A stretch of 64,000 nucleotides of DNA from positions 15,085 to 79,084 of the forward strand of contig CAWDCA010000019.1 in the NCBI GenBank assembly GCA_963800695.1, written 5' to 3'. This document shows, piece after piece, positions 18,908 to 29,156 of the stretch. The notes under the pieces are model-generated. The model was not told the origin of the DNA. It saw nothing but the letters and a program-made list of their open reading frames with translations, and did not search any database. The first letter of the stretch is position 1. Each line of letters opens with the position of its first letter. This stretch comes from an uncultured Alphaproteobacteria bacterium. GTDB taxonomy: Bacteria > Pseudomonadota > Alphaproteobacteria > Rhizobiales > Xanthobacteraceae. Made by a program: the position numbers and the translations under genes.

Positions 18908-19798
18908 CTATGCCTTGACCTTCGCCTCGACGCCGAGAATCCCGGACGGTTTTACCATCAACACGACGATCAGCAGAATGAACGCGTAGATGTCCTTGTA
19001 GGTCCCCGACACGAATCCGGCGCCGAGGCTCTCGACCACGCCCACCAGAAGCCCGCCGAGCACGGCGCCCGGCAGGCTGCCGAAGCCGCCGACGACCGCG
19101 GCTGCGAAGGCCTTGATCAGGATACCGATGCCCATCTGCACTTGCACATAGTTGATCGGCGCGATCAGCACACCGGCGGCGGCACCGAGCGAACAGGCGA
19201 CGCCGAAGATGATCGAGATCATCAGGGGCACGTTGACGCCGGAGAGGTACGCGATGTCCTTGTTGTGGGCGACCGCGCGGATCGCGAGCCCGATCATGGT
19301 TTTGCGCAAGACCAGATTGAGTACGAACATCAGCGTGAGCGCCGTGACGACGATCCACACATAGGACATCGGCAGCGTGAGCTCGCCGATCTCGACCGGC
19401 CGCCCGAACGGCACCGGGAACGGCAGCGGCTTGGGCCCCCAGATCAGGAACGCGACGTTCTGCAGCACGATCGACATGCCGAAGCCGACGATCACCATCC
19501 CCATGCCGGCAACCGTGTAACCGCCGCCCGCGCTGGTGAGACGGCGGTAGAACACGCGCTCAATGATGACGCCGAGCAGGCCGGTGATGATGACGGCCAG
19601 CAGCAGTGTCGGGATGTAAGGCAGGCCGGTCTTCTGGAACAGTGTCAGGCCGATGAAGGCGCCGAGCATGTAGATCTCGCCATGGGCGAAATGGATGATG
19701 TCGAGGCCGGAAAAGATCAGCGAGATGCCGAGCGCCACCAGCGCATAGACCATGCCGACCGAGAGCCCGATGATGACGAGGTCGATGAAGAAATCCAT
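18908..19798 (-). CDS. HAAT-family (LivH-like) ABC transporter permease
   Basis: 296-aa polytopic ORF with typical LivH/BraD layout. It is the last gene of a five-gene ABC operon. Confidence 0.85.
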   Translation of the reverse strand: MDFFIDLVIIGLSVGMVYALVALGISLIFSGLDIIHFAHGEIYMLGAFIGLTLFQKTGLPYIPTLLLAVIITGLLGVIIERVFYRRLTSAGGGYTVAGMGMVIVGFGMSIVLQNVAFLIWGPKPLPFPVPFGRPVEIGELTLPMSYVWIVVTALTLMFVLNLVLRKTMIGLAIRAVAHNKDIAYLSGVNVPLMISIIFGVACSLGAAAGVLIAPINYVQVQMGIGILIKAFAAAVVGGFGSLPGAVLGGLLVGVVESLGAGFVSGTYKDIYAFILLIVVLMVKPSGILGVEAKVKA

Positions 19799-19830
19799 GG
19801 GCGGACTCTAGCTCTTCACTTTCCGAATCC

Positions 19831-20577
19831 TCACAACTTCGCCTCGCGGTTCGCGACCGTCCCGCCGAGATAGGAGAGGCGCACATTGTCGTCGTGGATC
19901 ATCGTGTCGGCCGGGCCCTCGATGTGGATGACGCCGTCCTTGATGACGTAACCGTAAGTCGCAAGCAGCAGTGCCATGCGCACGTTCTGCTCGACCATCA
20001 GCACCGTCATGCCGTCGCGCGTGATGCGATGCACGGTGCGGAAGATATCCATCACGATCTGCGGCGCGAGCGCGGCGCTCGGCTCGTCGAGCATGATCAT
20101 TTTCGGCGACGACATCAGCCCGCGCCCGATGCAGACCATCTGCAACTGCCCGCCCGAGAGCGTGCCGGACAACTGCTGGCGCTTCTCCTTGAGCACCGGG
20201 AAGTAGCCATAGACCCGCTCCAGCGCCTGGTTCCTCTTGGCACGGTTGTGCACCACGTAGGCGCCGAGCTTGAGGTTCTCTTCGACCGTCATGCTTGGGA
20301 AGACTTCCTTGCCCTGCGTGACCTGCACCAGCCCGCGCCGCACGATCGCGTCGGGCCGCATGCCGTCGATCCGCTCGCCGTCAAACGTAATCGACCCGCT
20401 CCACGGCTTGAGCAGGCCGGAGGCCGCCTTGAGCAGGGTCGACTTGCCAGTGCCGTTGCCGCCGAGCAGCGCGACGATCGCCCCGCGCTCGACCTTGAGG
20501 CTCGCGCCGTTGAGTATCTGGACGCTGCCGTAGCCGCCGACGAGACTGTCGATCTTGAGCATCGGCTCTGACATCAC
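19831..20577 (-). CDS. HAAT-family ABC transporter ATP-binding protein (LivF-like)
   Basis: Walker A GGNGTGKSTLL, signature LSGGQLQM, Walker B MIMLDEPS. Confidence 0.85.
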   Translation of the reverse strand: MMSEPMLKIDSLVGGYGSVQILNGASLKVERGAIVALLGGNGTGKSTLLKAASGLLKPWSGSITFDGERIDGMRPDAIVRRGLVQVTQGKEVFPSMTVEENLKLGAYVVHNRAKRNQALERVYGYFPVLKEKRQQLSGTLSGGQLQMVCIGRGLMSSPKMIMLDEPSAALAPQIVMDIFRTVHRITRDGMTVLMVEQNVRMALLLATYGYVIKDGVIHIEGPADTMIHDDNVRLSYLGGTVANREAKL

Positions 20578-21374
20578 GCCGACCTCATGTAGGCGCGCAC
20601 TTCCTCGTCCTTCATTTCCTTGCCGAGATACGCCTCGATCACGCGGTGATTGCCCTTGATCTCGTCCGGCGTGCCCTCGGCGATCTTCTCGCCGTGCTCC
20701 AGCACGCTGACGATCTGGCAGGTGTCCATCACGAGCTTGAGGATGTGCTCTATGATGATGACTGTGAGCCCGAAGCGCTGGCGCAGCGCATGCACGGTAT
20801 TAAGCAGGATGTCGACATTGGCGGGCGAGAGCCCGGCGCCCGGCTCGTCGAGCATCAGGAGCTTCGGCTTCGCCGCCATCGCGCGGCCGAGCGCAAGCAG
20901 GCGGCGCTGCCCGCCGGAGAGTTCGCCCGCCGGCATCTCGGCGTAATCGGCAAGGCCGATGAAGGCGAGCAGCTCCATCATCTCGGCGCGCACGCGCTTT
21001 TCCTCGCGCCACACCGCGGGCGACCCGAGCACCGCCGCGCCGGTGCCGTACGGGATCATCGCGTGATGCCCGACCAGCATGTTCTCGATCACGCTCATGC
21101 CCTGAAAGATGCGCAGCATCTGGAACGTGCGCGCGATACCGAGCCGCGCGATCTCGTGCGACTCCTTGTTGGTGATGTCCTTGCCGTCGAAGGTGACGGT
21201 GGCGCCGGGCTCGGGCTTGTAGACACCGGAAATCAGGTTGAACAGCGTGCTCTTGCCCGAGCCGTTCGGCCCGATGATGCCGCGCACTTCGCCCTGCGCG
21301 ACAGCCAGATTCACCTTCGAGACCGCGGTGAACCCGCCGAACCGCTTGGTCAGGTTCTTGACCTCAAGCAGCAT
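20574..21374 (-). CDS. HAAT-family ABC transporter ATP-binding protein (LivG-like)
   Basis: Walker [12 protein letters not shown], signature LSGGQRRLLAL, LLMLDEPGAG. 4-nt overlap with the next gene. Confidence 0.85.
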   Translation of the reverse strand: MLLEVKNLTKRFGGFTAVSKVNLAVAQGEVRGIIGPNGSGKSTLFNLISGVYKPEPGATVTFDGKDITNKESHEIARLGIARTFQMLRIFQGMSVIENMLVGHHAMIPYGTGAAVLGSPAVWREEKRVRAEMMELLAFIGLADYAEMPAGELSGGQRRLLALGRAMAAKPKLLMLDEPGAGLSPANVDILLNTVHALRQRFGLTVIIIEHILKLVMDTCQIVSVLEHGEKIAEGTPDEIKGNHRVIEAYLGKEMKDEEVRAYMRSA

Positions 21375-22404
21375 TGGGTTTGGCCTGTTGCGCCGCTCTG
21401 CCGGCGCGGATTGCCTTGAAGCGCCGCCGCACGAAGAAGTCGTCGATGATGCCGCCGATGCCGCGCGGCATGAAGATCACCACCAGCACGATAACCATGC
21501 CGAACATCAGCATGCGATACGTGTAATAGTCGCGCGTGAAGTCATCGATGATCGTGATCACGATTGCGCCGATGACCCCGCCCCAGATGTGGCCGAGCCC
21601 GCCGAACACGACCATCAGCAGCACCGTGATCATCGCTTCGATGGTGTAGTTATTCGGGTGCAGGAAGCCGGGCGCCATGTGCGCCTGCAGGCTGCCGGCG
21701 CAGCCCGCATAGAGCGCGCTGATCACGAAGGCGATCACCTTGTATTTCGGCACGTTGACGCCGCTCGCCGCCGCCGCCAGCGCGTCCTCGCGGATCGACT
21801 TGAACGCACGGCCTATGTCGGACGACAGGATGCTGAACGAAAAATAGAGGCCGAGCAGCGCGATCGGCATCACGACGTAGTAGTAGGCGCGGTGGCCGCC
21901 GAGCGACCAGCTTCCGAGATAGGGCGGCGGGATGTTCTCGAAGCCGACCGCGGCGCCAAGAAATTCGGTGCCAGAGATGAAAATGCGCACCGACTCGGCG
22001 AGGCCCAGCGTCGCGAGCGCCAGATACGCGCCTTCGAGCCGCAGCGAGGGAATGCCGACGATCGCGCCCGCGAGCGCCGTGATCGCCATGGCGGTCGGCA
22101 GCGCGAGCCAGAACGGAAATCCCAGCATGGTCGACACGCACGCCGAGGCGTAGGCGCCGATCGCCATCAGGGCGATGTGACCGACGGTCACCTGGCCCGC
22201 GAAGCCTTTGACGATGTTCAGCCCCACTGCCAGGATGATGTTGATCGCCATCACGTTGACGACGAACTGCGTGTAGGCGTTGTTGAGCAGCAGCGGCAGC
22301 GGCAGCAGCGCCGCCCATACGATCAGCCACGGCACGATCGGATGCATCCGGGCGAACCATGACGGCGCCAGCACCGCCGGTTCAGGGATCGCGTTATCGC
22401 TCAT
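21364..22404 (-). CDS. HAAT-family (LivM-like) ABC transporter permease
   Basis: 346-aa polytopic ORF with typical LivM/BraE pattern. 11-nt overlap with the LivG-like gene. Confidence 0.85.
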   Translation of the reverse strand: MSDNAIPEPAVLAPSWFARMHPIVPWLIVWAALLPLPLLLNNAYTQFVVNVMAINIILAVGLNIVKGFAGQVTVGHIALMAIGAYASACVSTMLGFPFWLALPTAMAITALAGAIVGIPSLRLEGAYLALATLGLAESVRIFISGTEFLGAAVGFENIPPPYLGSWSLGGHRAYYYVVMPIALLGLYFSFSILSSDIGRAFKSIREDALAAAASGVNVPKYKVIAFVISALYAGCAGSLQAHMAPGFLHPNNYTIEAMITVLLMVVFGGLGHIWGGVIGAIVITIIDDFTRDYYTYRMLMFGMVIVLVVIFMPRGIGGIIDDFFVRRRFKAIRAGRAAQQAKPNAA

Positions 22405-22495
22405 GAGCCGTGATACCGCGTCTGGATGCGAGGCGATGCGCGGGCGGACTGCCGCTCAACCGTCACCGGCGAGCGGCAGTGCGCAAGGTCAGGAC

Positions 22496-23698
22496 TTAGA
22501 GGCCGAACTCGGGCTCGAACGAGACGCGTGCAAGCACGCGCGTGTCGAAATCCTTGCCGCCCTTGGTGTACTCGACAAGGATACCGGTCTTGTTGCCGTC
22601 GCGGCATTGCGGGGTCGGATCGGCGCAGAAATTGATCGGTCCCGACGCCAGCCCGGTGAAGTTCCTGATGTTGGCGAGTGCGTCGCGGATCGCGGCGCGG
22701 TCCGCCTTGAGCGAGGCGTCGGTGAGCGTCAGCTTGGCGTTCTTGAGCGCCAGCTTGACGATCTGCGCCGTCTCGTAGGCCTGGCTGAAGTCATGGTCCG
22801 GGCAGCGGACCTTGTACTTCTCGTTGACCAGCTTGACGAAGTCCTTCGCCACCTGCCGCTCGTCCTTGCAGTTGAACGCGGCCGCATAGAGAAGGCCGAC
22901 CACCGCATCGCCGGCAAGCTCCGGCACCGGCGCGTTCGAGGCGGCCGACGCCGCGACGCGGCGCACCTTCGAGGGAATGCCGACCTCGATCGACTGCTGC
23001 GAGATGCGCGAGATCGCATCGATCTGTCCGCCGATGGCGAGCACGTCGACGCCGAGCGACTTGATCTTGAGCAGGTGCGCGCGGAAATCGAGATCGGTCT
23101 CCTGCATCTGCGCTTCGTAGGCGGGGTCGACGTTGTAGGTCTTCTTCATGAACGCCTTGTAGTCGTTCGCGAAGCCTATTGCGGCGCCATCGTTGGTGAA
23201 CAGGTAGGCGACCTTCTTGCCGGCGTTCTCGGCGAGATATTTCGCGTGCACCGAGGCGTAGAAGCGCTCCGACACCGAAGTGCGGAACACCCAGGCGCTG
23301 TTCTTCTTGGTGATGTTGGTGTTGGTGGAGTGTGGCACGATCTGCGGCACTTCTTCCTTGGCGGTGATGTCGACCATCGGCAGCGACACCGACGAGCAGG
23401 TCGAGCCCATCACCAGGTGAACCTTGCTCTGATGGATGAAGCGGTTGACGTTGGCGATGCCCTTGTCGGGCTTGCACTCGTCGTCGAGCAGGATGACCTC
23501 GATCTTCTTGCCGTTGATGCCGCCGGAGGCATTGACGGCTTCGAGCTCGTCCTTCGCCATCTGGCCGTATTTAATGCCGTTCTCGACGATCATGCGCAGC
23601 GTGATGCCGATTCGGATCGTGCCGTCCTGCGCGTACGCTGGCTGCGCGACGGCGCCGAGCGCCAGCGCGGTTGCGAGCAAAGTTTTCTTCATTGTCAT
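22496..23698 (-). CDS. periplasmic substrate-binding protein of the Liv-type ABC transporter
   Basis: ATG 23698 is preceded by gggaggaaa. Signal peptide MTMKKTLLATALALGAVAQPAYAQ followed by a type-I PBP pattern (IRIGITL..., GGINGKKIEVILLDDECKPD). Confidence 0.8.
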   Translation of the reverse strand: MTMKKTLLATALALGAVAQPAYAQDGTIRIGITLRMIVENGIKYGQMAKDELEAVNASGGINGKKIEVILLDDECKPDKGIANVNRFIHQSKVHLVMGSTCSSVSLPMVDITAKEEVPQIVPHSTNTNITKKNSAWVFRTSVSERFYASVHAKYLAENAGKKVAYLFTNDGAAIGFANDYKAFMKKTYNVDPAYEAQMQETDLDFRAHLLKIKSLGVDVLAIGGQIDAISRISQQSIEVGIPSKVRRVAASAASNAPVPELAGDAVVGLLYAAAFNCKDERQVAKDFVKLVNEKYKVRCPDHDFSQAYETAQIVKLALKNAKLTLTDASLKADRAAIRDALANIRNFTGLASGPINFCADPTPQCRDGNKTGILVEYTKGGKDFDTRVLARVSFEPEFGL

Positions 23699-23983
23699 TT
23701 TCGGATTTCCTCCCTGTTGAACTCTCAGGCGTGGCGCCTGTTTTGTTACATCGGTGTCCGCGGCCCATTCAGGCTCTTCGAGATCGCCGATCCCTTGGCT
23801 CACACTACGCCAGTTTTCCGGCGGCGGTCATCATCGCAAGTGACAAGCAGCGGCAAGGTGGAAATTGTCGCGACAGTTCTGACGGAAATCCATCAACGCG
23901 GCTCAGCCGACTCCGCCTCGTCCGTGCTTGGAAAATGACCGTGCCGATACCGTTCAAATGTGTCAAGAAAAATGATCTTAATT

Positions 23984-24064
23984 CATCAGTTTCTGATGTT
24001 GCAAATGATTGCATCATTGATGCATGATCCCATGAAAGGCACATTTCTGATGTACTTCGATCAG
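23984..24064. promoter_or_regulatory. AT-rich divergent control region with repeated CATCAG/CTGATG half-sites and a 15-bp palindrome; candidate operators
   Basis: catcag(ttt)ctgatg at 23984-23998. aatgat(tgc)atcatt at 24004-24018. ctgatg(tacttcg)atcag at 24047-24064. Lies between the ABC operon (-) and the LacI gene (+), and is by far the most AT-rich stretch nearby. Confidence 0.35.
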
Positions 24065-24086
24065 ATTTGCCGCAGGGAAACGTCCT

Positions 24087-25088
24087 TTGCTCGACCGAAG
24101 ACCCAAAGTCGCCGATGTGGCCGCACGCGCGGGCGTCAGCACCGCGACGGTCGACCGGGTCATCAACGGGCGCGGCGGCGTGCATCAGAAAACCGTTGCG
24201 CGCGTCGAGGAAGCAATCCGCGAGATCGTCGGCGCGCGCTCCCCTGCGCTCGACCCGGCGCATCGTTTCGATGTCGTGCTTTCGGGTGAGCGCGGCGGCG
24301 GAACGAAAGCGCTCGCCGATGCCTTCGCCCGCACCGCCGGGGAGACGGGCGCCCATGTCGAGATATCGTTCGTCGAGACGATGAATCCGGAGGCACTGGC
24401 GGAGCGTCTGCGCGCCTGCGCGCAGCGCGGCTCCTCCGGCGTCGCCGTGCAAGTGCTCGATCATGCGCTCGTGCGCGAGGCGGTCACGGAGCTTGCGGGC
24501 GCGAAGATTCCGGTCGTGACCGTTTTGACCGACATCACCGGCGTCGATCACCTCGGCTATTTCGGCCTGGACAATCGCGCCGCCGGTCGCACGGCCGGAT
24601 TCCTGATGGGGCGCTTCTGCCACGGCGGCGGCAAGCTCGCCGTGGTGTGGGGCGGGCAGCTCTATCGCTCGCACGAGGAGCGCGAGAGCGGCTTTCGCAG
24701 CGTGCTGCGCGCCGAGCGCCCCGATCTGCAAAGCGTCGAGCTGATCACCGGCAACGATAACCCCGAGATCACCCGCGATCGCATGCGCGAGGCGCTTGCG
24801 GTGCATAAAGATATCGTCGGCGTCTATTGTGTCGGCGGCGCGGTGGCCGGTGCGGCGGATGCCGTCGAGCAGGCAGGGCTTGCACCGCAGCTCGTGTTGA
24901 TCGGCCACAACTACAATCCCGAAACCAAGCCGTATCTGCTCTCCGGCACGATCCACGCGCTCGTTCACACGGACATGGACCGGATCGCGGCCGATGCGCT
25001 CGCCTGTTTGTCGGCACAACGGCCCGCGCCAGCGGCGGCCCGGATTCCGATTGAGATCATCACGCGCGAAAACCCGATGTATCCGTAG
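24087..25088 (+). CDS. LacI-family transcriptional regulator
   Basis: 333 aa with a TTG start. N-terminal HTH KVADVAARAGVSTATVDRVINGRGGV followed by a PBP-type effector domain. Confidence 0.85.
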   Translation: MLDRRPKVADVAARAGVSTATVDRVINGRGGVHQKTVARVEEAIREIVGARSPALDPAHRFDVVLSGERGGGTKALADAFARTAGETGAHVEISFVETMNPEALAERLRACAQRGSSGVAVQVLDHALVREAVTELAGAKIPVVTVLTDITGVDHLGYFGLDNRAAGRTAGFLMGRFCHGGGKLAVVWGGQLYRSHEERESGFRSVLRAERPDLQSVELITGNDNPEITRDRMREALAVHKDIVGVYCVGGAVAGAADAVEQAGLAPQLVLIGHNYNPETKPYLLSGTIHALVHTDMDRIAADALACLSAQRPAPAAARIPIEIITRENPMYP

Positions 25089-25096
25089 GCAACGAC

Positions 25097-25883
25097 ATGG
25101 CAGGAAAATTTGAACAGCTTTCGCGCGATCTCGCCGAAGCATGGCGCAACGGCAGCACGATTCCGCTGCCGCGTGCGGGCCAGGGCCCCGCGACGCGCGT
25201 GGAAGCTTACGCGATCCAGGACCGCATGGCCGAGCTGATCGGCAGCGAGGTCGCGGGCTGGAAGGTCGGCGCGACCGTGCGCGCCGTGCAGGTGTTCGAA
25301 GGCCATGACGCCCCCCTGCCCGGCCGTGTCTTCGCGGATCGCCTTTTCGACAGCCCGGCGAAAATCCCGGCCCATCTGTTCAAGGGCGCCAAGGTCGAGT
25401 GCGAGTTCGCGTTCCGCCTGACGCGCGATTTGCCCGCAGGCAAAGGCCCGGTGACGCGCGATCAGATCGCGGACTCGCTGACATTTCATCCGGCGTTCGA
25501 GCTTGCGGGGAGCCGCTATGCGCCCGGCACCGGCGAGCGCGCCGCGATCACGTTCGACGGCGTCGCAGACAATGGCTCCGGTGGAGCGGCCGTGCTCGGC
25601 GCGGCGGTTAAGGACTGGCAATCGCTGCCTTTCGACACCTTGGAGATCGATGCACACATCGACGACAGCCCGCCGATCCAGATTTACACGGGCGCGTATC
25701 GCCGCGATCCCGCGACCATCACGGCGGAGACCTTTTCCGATCTGCGTGCGCGCGGCGTGCCGATTGCCCGTCGGCACGATCGTACTGACCGGCTCGCTCT
25801 CGCTGCCGACGCCGGTACGCAAGGGCCAGACCGTGACGGCGACGTTCAAGGGCCTGCCACAGCTTTCGTTCTCTCTGGTCTGA
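25097..25883 (+). pseudogene. 2-keto-4-pentenoate hydratase / FAH-family hydratase-decarboxylase (MhpD/HpcG-like), frameshift near 25767-25769
   Basis: ORF 25097.. reads ...AGWKVGAT...LRARGVPIA then drifts. The frame of ORF 25503..25883 continues VGTIVLTGSLSLPTPVRKGQTVTATFKGLPQLSFSLV*. Removing one C from gcccgtc restores PIAVGTIVLTGS. Confidence 0.75.
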
Positions 25884-25886
25884 GCC

Positions 25887-26708
25887 ATGGCAACGATCCC
25901 CGACACCATTCCGCTCTCGCTCGCCCACCTGAGCGAGCTTGATGTGCCGCCGCTCCAACTCGTCGAGCTTGCGGCGCGCACCGGCTTCGCGGCGATCGGA
26001 CTGCGCACCTCGCCGGCCTCTCCCGGCGGCGTCGTCTATCCGCTGCGCAGCGCCGCCGAGCAGGCGGACATGCGCAAGTGCCTTGCCGACAACGGCATGA
26101 AGATCGCCGAGGTCGAGATGGTGCCGCTCACCGCGGCGCTCAATGCCGCCGACTATAGACCGATGATGGAGGCCGGCGCCGCGATTGGCGCGACGCGCCT
26201 GACGGTCGGTGGCGGCGATACTGACGATTTTTCGATTGTCGCCGACAAGCTCGCCGCGATGGCCGAGCAGGCGCAGCCATACGGAATCGCGATCGATCTC
26301 GAGTTCATGCCGTTCCGGCCGGTGAAGACACTGAGCGATGCACTCGACGTGCTGAAGCGCGCGAGCCATCCGAACGCGCACATCCTCATCGACGTGCTGC
26401 ACGTCTTCCGCTCGAAGAGCGATATCGCGCTCTTCAAGACTATCGATCCAAAAACACTCGGACCCGTGCAGCTTTGCGATGGTCCGATACAAGCGCCCGA
26501 CGATCTCGTCGCCGAAGCGCGCACGCGCCGCCTGCTGCCGGGCGCAGGCGAACTCGATCTCAAATCGCTGCTGGACACGCTGCCGGACGGCCTTGCGTAT
26601 GGCGTCGAAGTGCCGCTCGCGAGCCAGCGTCCCGATCTCGATGCCGGTCAGCGCCTCGCCGAACTGGTCACATCAACCCGCGCATACCTGAAACGGAGAA
26701 ACGCGTGA
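25887..26708 (+). CDS. sugar phosphate isomerase/epimerase (xylose-isomerase-like TIM barrel) family protein
   Basis: 273-aa ORF with the family pattern ...AAIGLRT..., ...IAIDLEFMPF..., ...HILIDVLHVF... This fold is also used by dehydroshikimate and inosose dehydratases. Confidence 0.7.
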   Translation: MATIPDTIPLSLAHLSELDVPPLQLVELAARTGFAAIGLRTSPASPGGVVYPLRSAAEQADMRKCLADNGMKIAEVEMVPLTAALNAADYRPMMEAGAAIGATRLTVGGGDTDDFSIVADKLAAMAEQAQPYGIAIDLEFMPFRPVKTLSDALDVLKRASHPNAHILIDVLHVFRSKSDIALFKTIDPKTLGPVQLCDGPIQAPDDLVAEARTRRLLPGAGELDLKSLLDTLPDGLAYGVEVPLASQRPDLDAGQRLAELVTSTRAYLKRRNA

Positions 26709-27163
26709 GCAAACCGATCCTGATCCTCAACGGCCCCAACCTCAACATGCTCGGCACGCGTGAGCCGCATATCTATGGCTCGACGACGCTCAAGCAACTC
26801 GAGGAGATGTGCAAGGCGCGCGCCGAGAAGCGCGGGCTGACGATCTCGTTCCATCAGTCGAACAGCGAAGCGCAGATCATCGACTGGATCCACGGCGGCA
26901 TCAACGGCGCCGACGGCATCATCATCAATCCGGCGGCGTTCACCCACACGTCGGTCGCGATCCTCGACGCACTCAAGATGGTCAACGCGCCGATCATCGA
27001 GCTGCATATCTCGAACCCGCACAAGCGCGAGGCCTTCCGGCACCACTCCTTCGTGACGCTCGCCGCAACGGCGATGATCTGCGGCCTCGGCGTCAACGGG
27101 TATCCTCTTGCCGTCGACGCCATGGCGGACCTCGTAGAAGCCGCGAAGCTCGCCAAGAAATGA
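26705..27163 (+). CDS. aroQ: type II 3-dehydroquinate dehydratase
   Basis: GTG 26705 overlaps the previous stop (GTGA). Sequence VSKPILILNGPNLNMLGTREPHIYG...IIINPAAFTHTSVAILDAL...ELHISNPHKRE. Confidence 0.9.
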   Translation: MSKPILILNGPNLNMLGTREPHIYGSTTLKQLEEMCKARAEKRGLTISFHQSNSEAQIIDWIHGGINGADGIIINPAAFTHTSVAILDALKMVNAPIIELHISNPHKREAFRHHSFVTLAATAMICGLGVNGYPLAVDAMADLVEAAKLAKK

Positions 27164-27167
27164 CCCC

Positions 27168-27953
27168 ATGAGCAGCTTCGAGCATCTCATCGTCGAGCAC
27201 GAGGGCGACGCGATCCTCTGGATCACGATCAACCGCCCGTCCGCGCTCAACGCGCTGAGCCCGTCGGCTCACCGGGAGCTTTCTGCGGCACTTGATGGAT
27301 TCGCATCAGACCAATCATTGCGTGTCGCCGTGATCACCGGATCGGGCGAGCGGGCGTTCTGTGTCGGCAGCGACCTGAAGCAGCGCCAGATCGGGAATGC
27401 CGACGATCATCCGCCGACCGGCTTCGGCGGCATCTCGCACCGCTTCGATCTCGCCAAGCCGGTGATCGCGGCCGTGAACGGCCTCGCGCTCGGCGGCGGC
27501 GTCGAGATCGTCGCGGCGTGCGATCTCGCCGTCGCGGCCGATCACGCCGAGTTCGCGCTGCCCGAGCCGCGCGTCGGGCTCGCGGCACTCGGCGGCGGCG
27601 GATTGCAGCGGCTCGCGCGCGACCTGCCGCTGAAATACGCGATGGAGCTTGTGCTCACCGGGCGACGCTTCGGCGCAGAGGAAGCAAAGCAAATCGGCCT
27701 GATCAACGCGGTGGTGCCGCGCGGCGAACTAAAGGCGCGCGTGCGGGCGATGGCGCAGGCGATCATCGAGGGCGCGCCGCTCGCCGTCGAAGCGTCCAAG
27801 CAGGTGATGCTGCAAAGCCTCGCGATGCCGGACCTGCAAACCGCGCTGCGTGCAAAATATCCGGCGGCCGAGCGCATGCTGGCGAGCGAAGACGCAAAGG
27901 AAGGCCAGCGCGCCTTCGTCGAGAAGCGCAAACCGCGCTGGCAAGGCAGATAG
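27168..27953 (+). CDS. enoyl-CoA hydratase/isomerase (crotonase) family protein
   Basis: 261 aa with ITINRPSALNAL, AFCVGSDLK and AAVNGLALGGGVEIVAACDLAVAA. Confidence 0.85.
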   Translation: MSSFEHLIVEHEGDAILWITINRPSALNALSPSAHRELSAALDGFASDQSLRVAVITGSGERAFCVGSDLKQRQIGNADDHPPTGFGGISHRFDLAKPVIAAVNGLALGGGVEIVAACDLAVAADHAEFALPEPRVGLAALGGGGLQRLARDLPLKYAMELVLTGRRFGAEEAKQIGLINAVVPRGELKARVRAMAQAIIEGAPLAVEASKQVMLQSLAMPDLQTALRAKYPAAERMLASEDAKEGQRAFVEKRKPRWQGR

Positions 27954-27962
27954 GGGAGACGC

Positions 27963-28396
27963 ATGGCGGATTTCTATGTCAAGGTCGGAGACTCTTCGAC
28001 ATTCTCCAAAACCGTCGGTGAATACGACGTCTACAGTTTCGCCGGCATCACCGGCGACTTCTCGCCGAACCATACGAACAAAGCCTACATGGAGAAGTCG
28101 AGCTATGGCCGCCTGCAGGCGCATGGCGCGCTGATGGTCGGCTACATGTCGACCGCCTCGACGTCGCGATCGCGCATACGCGCGCCGACGCGGACGAGAC
28201 GCCGGTTTCGCTCGGCTATGACCGCATCCGCTTCCTCGCGCCGGTCTATTTCGGCGATACAATTACAGTCGACTATCGCATCAGCGCCATCGACATCGAA
28301 CGCCGCCGCTCGACCGGCGATATCACGATCAAGAACCAGGACGGCACGCTGGTCGCGGTCGGCACGCACATTCTCAAATGGGTCAAGAACGCCTGA
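27963..28396 (+). pseudogene. MaoC-like (R)-specific enoyl-CoA hydratase (hotdog), frameshift near 28156-28157
   Basis: The N-terminal frame gives MADFYVKVGDSSTFSKTVGEYDVYSFAGITGDFSPNHTN...GALMVGYMSTA. The next frame continues LDVAIAHTRADADETPVSLGYDRIRFLAPVYFGDTITVDYRI...THILKWVKNA* (stop 28394-28396). Adding one C to the CC run joins them. In the unrepaired sequence the first frame runs on to 30110 as an artefactual 715-aa ORF. Confidence 0.7.
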
Positions 28397-28407
28397 AGGA
28401 AAATCAG

Positions 28408-29145
28408 ATGACGAAAACAAGTCTGGACGGCCAGATCGCCATTGTTACCGGCGCGGCGCGCGGCATCGGTCTGGCGATTGCCAAGCTGATGGCCGAGCGC
28501 GGCGCCAAGGTCGTGGTGTGGGATCGCGATCTCGCGCCGCTGAAGGACACCGACTTCAAACCCGCGATGGCGGAATCCGTGGATGTCGCCGACTACGGCT
28601 CCGTCGAGCGCGCCTTCAACAGCGCGGTGGCGAAATTCGGCCAGGTCCACATCATCGTCAACAATGCCGGCATCAACGGGCCGATCGCACCGACCTGGGA
28701 GTACCCGCTCGAAGATTGGGATCGCGTCGTGGCAATCGACATGACGTCGGTGTTCTACGCGAGCCGTGTCGCCGCGAAGCACATGCGCGAGAAGAAATAC
28801 GGCCGCATCGTGCAGGTCGCGTCGATCGCCGGCAAGGAAGGCGTCGCGAACATCTGCGCCTATTCGGCCGCGAAGGCGGGCGTGATCGGTTTCTCCAAGG
28901 CGCTCGCGAAAGAGCTGTGCGACGCCGGCGTGACGGTGAACTGCATCGCCCCCGCGATGACCGAAACCCCGCTGCTCGACGGCATGACCGAAGAGTTCAT
29001 CAAGACGATGAAAGCCAAGATCCCGATGGGCCGCTTCGTGCATGTCGACGAGATCGGCGAGCTTGCCGCCTGGATCGCAAGTCCGGCTTGCAGCTTCACC
29101 ACCGGCTTCGTGTTCGACATCACCGGCGGCCGCGCCACCTACTGA
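28408..29145 (+). CDS. short-chain dehydrogenase/reductase (FabG / 3-hydroxyacyl-CoA dehydrogenase-like)
   Basis: ATG 28408 follows aagga. Motifs TGAARGIGLAIA, NNAG and YSAAKAG. Confidence 0.85.
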   Translation: MTKTSLDGQIAIVTGAARGIGLAIAKLMAERGAKVVVWDRDLAPLKDTDFKPAMAESVDVADYGSVERAFNSAVAKFGQVHIIVNNAGINGPIAPTWEYPLEDWDRVVAIDMTSVFYASRVAAKHMREKKYGRIVQVASIAGKEGVANICAYSAAKAGVIGFSKALAKELCDAGVTVNCIAPAMTETPLLDGMTEEFIKTMKAKIPMGRFVHVDEIGELAAWIASPACSFTTGFVFDITGGRATY

Positions 29146-29156
29146 GTTTGCAAACC

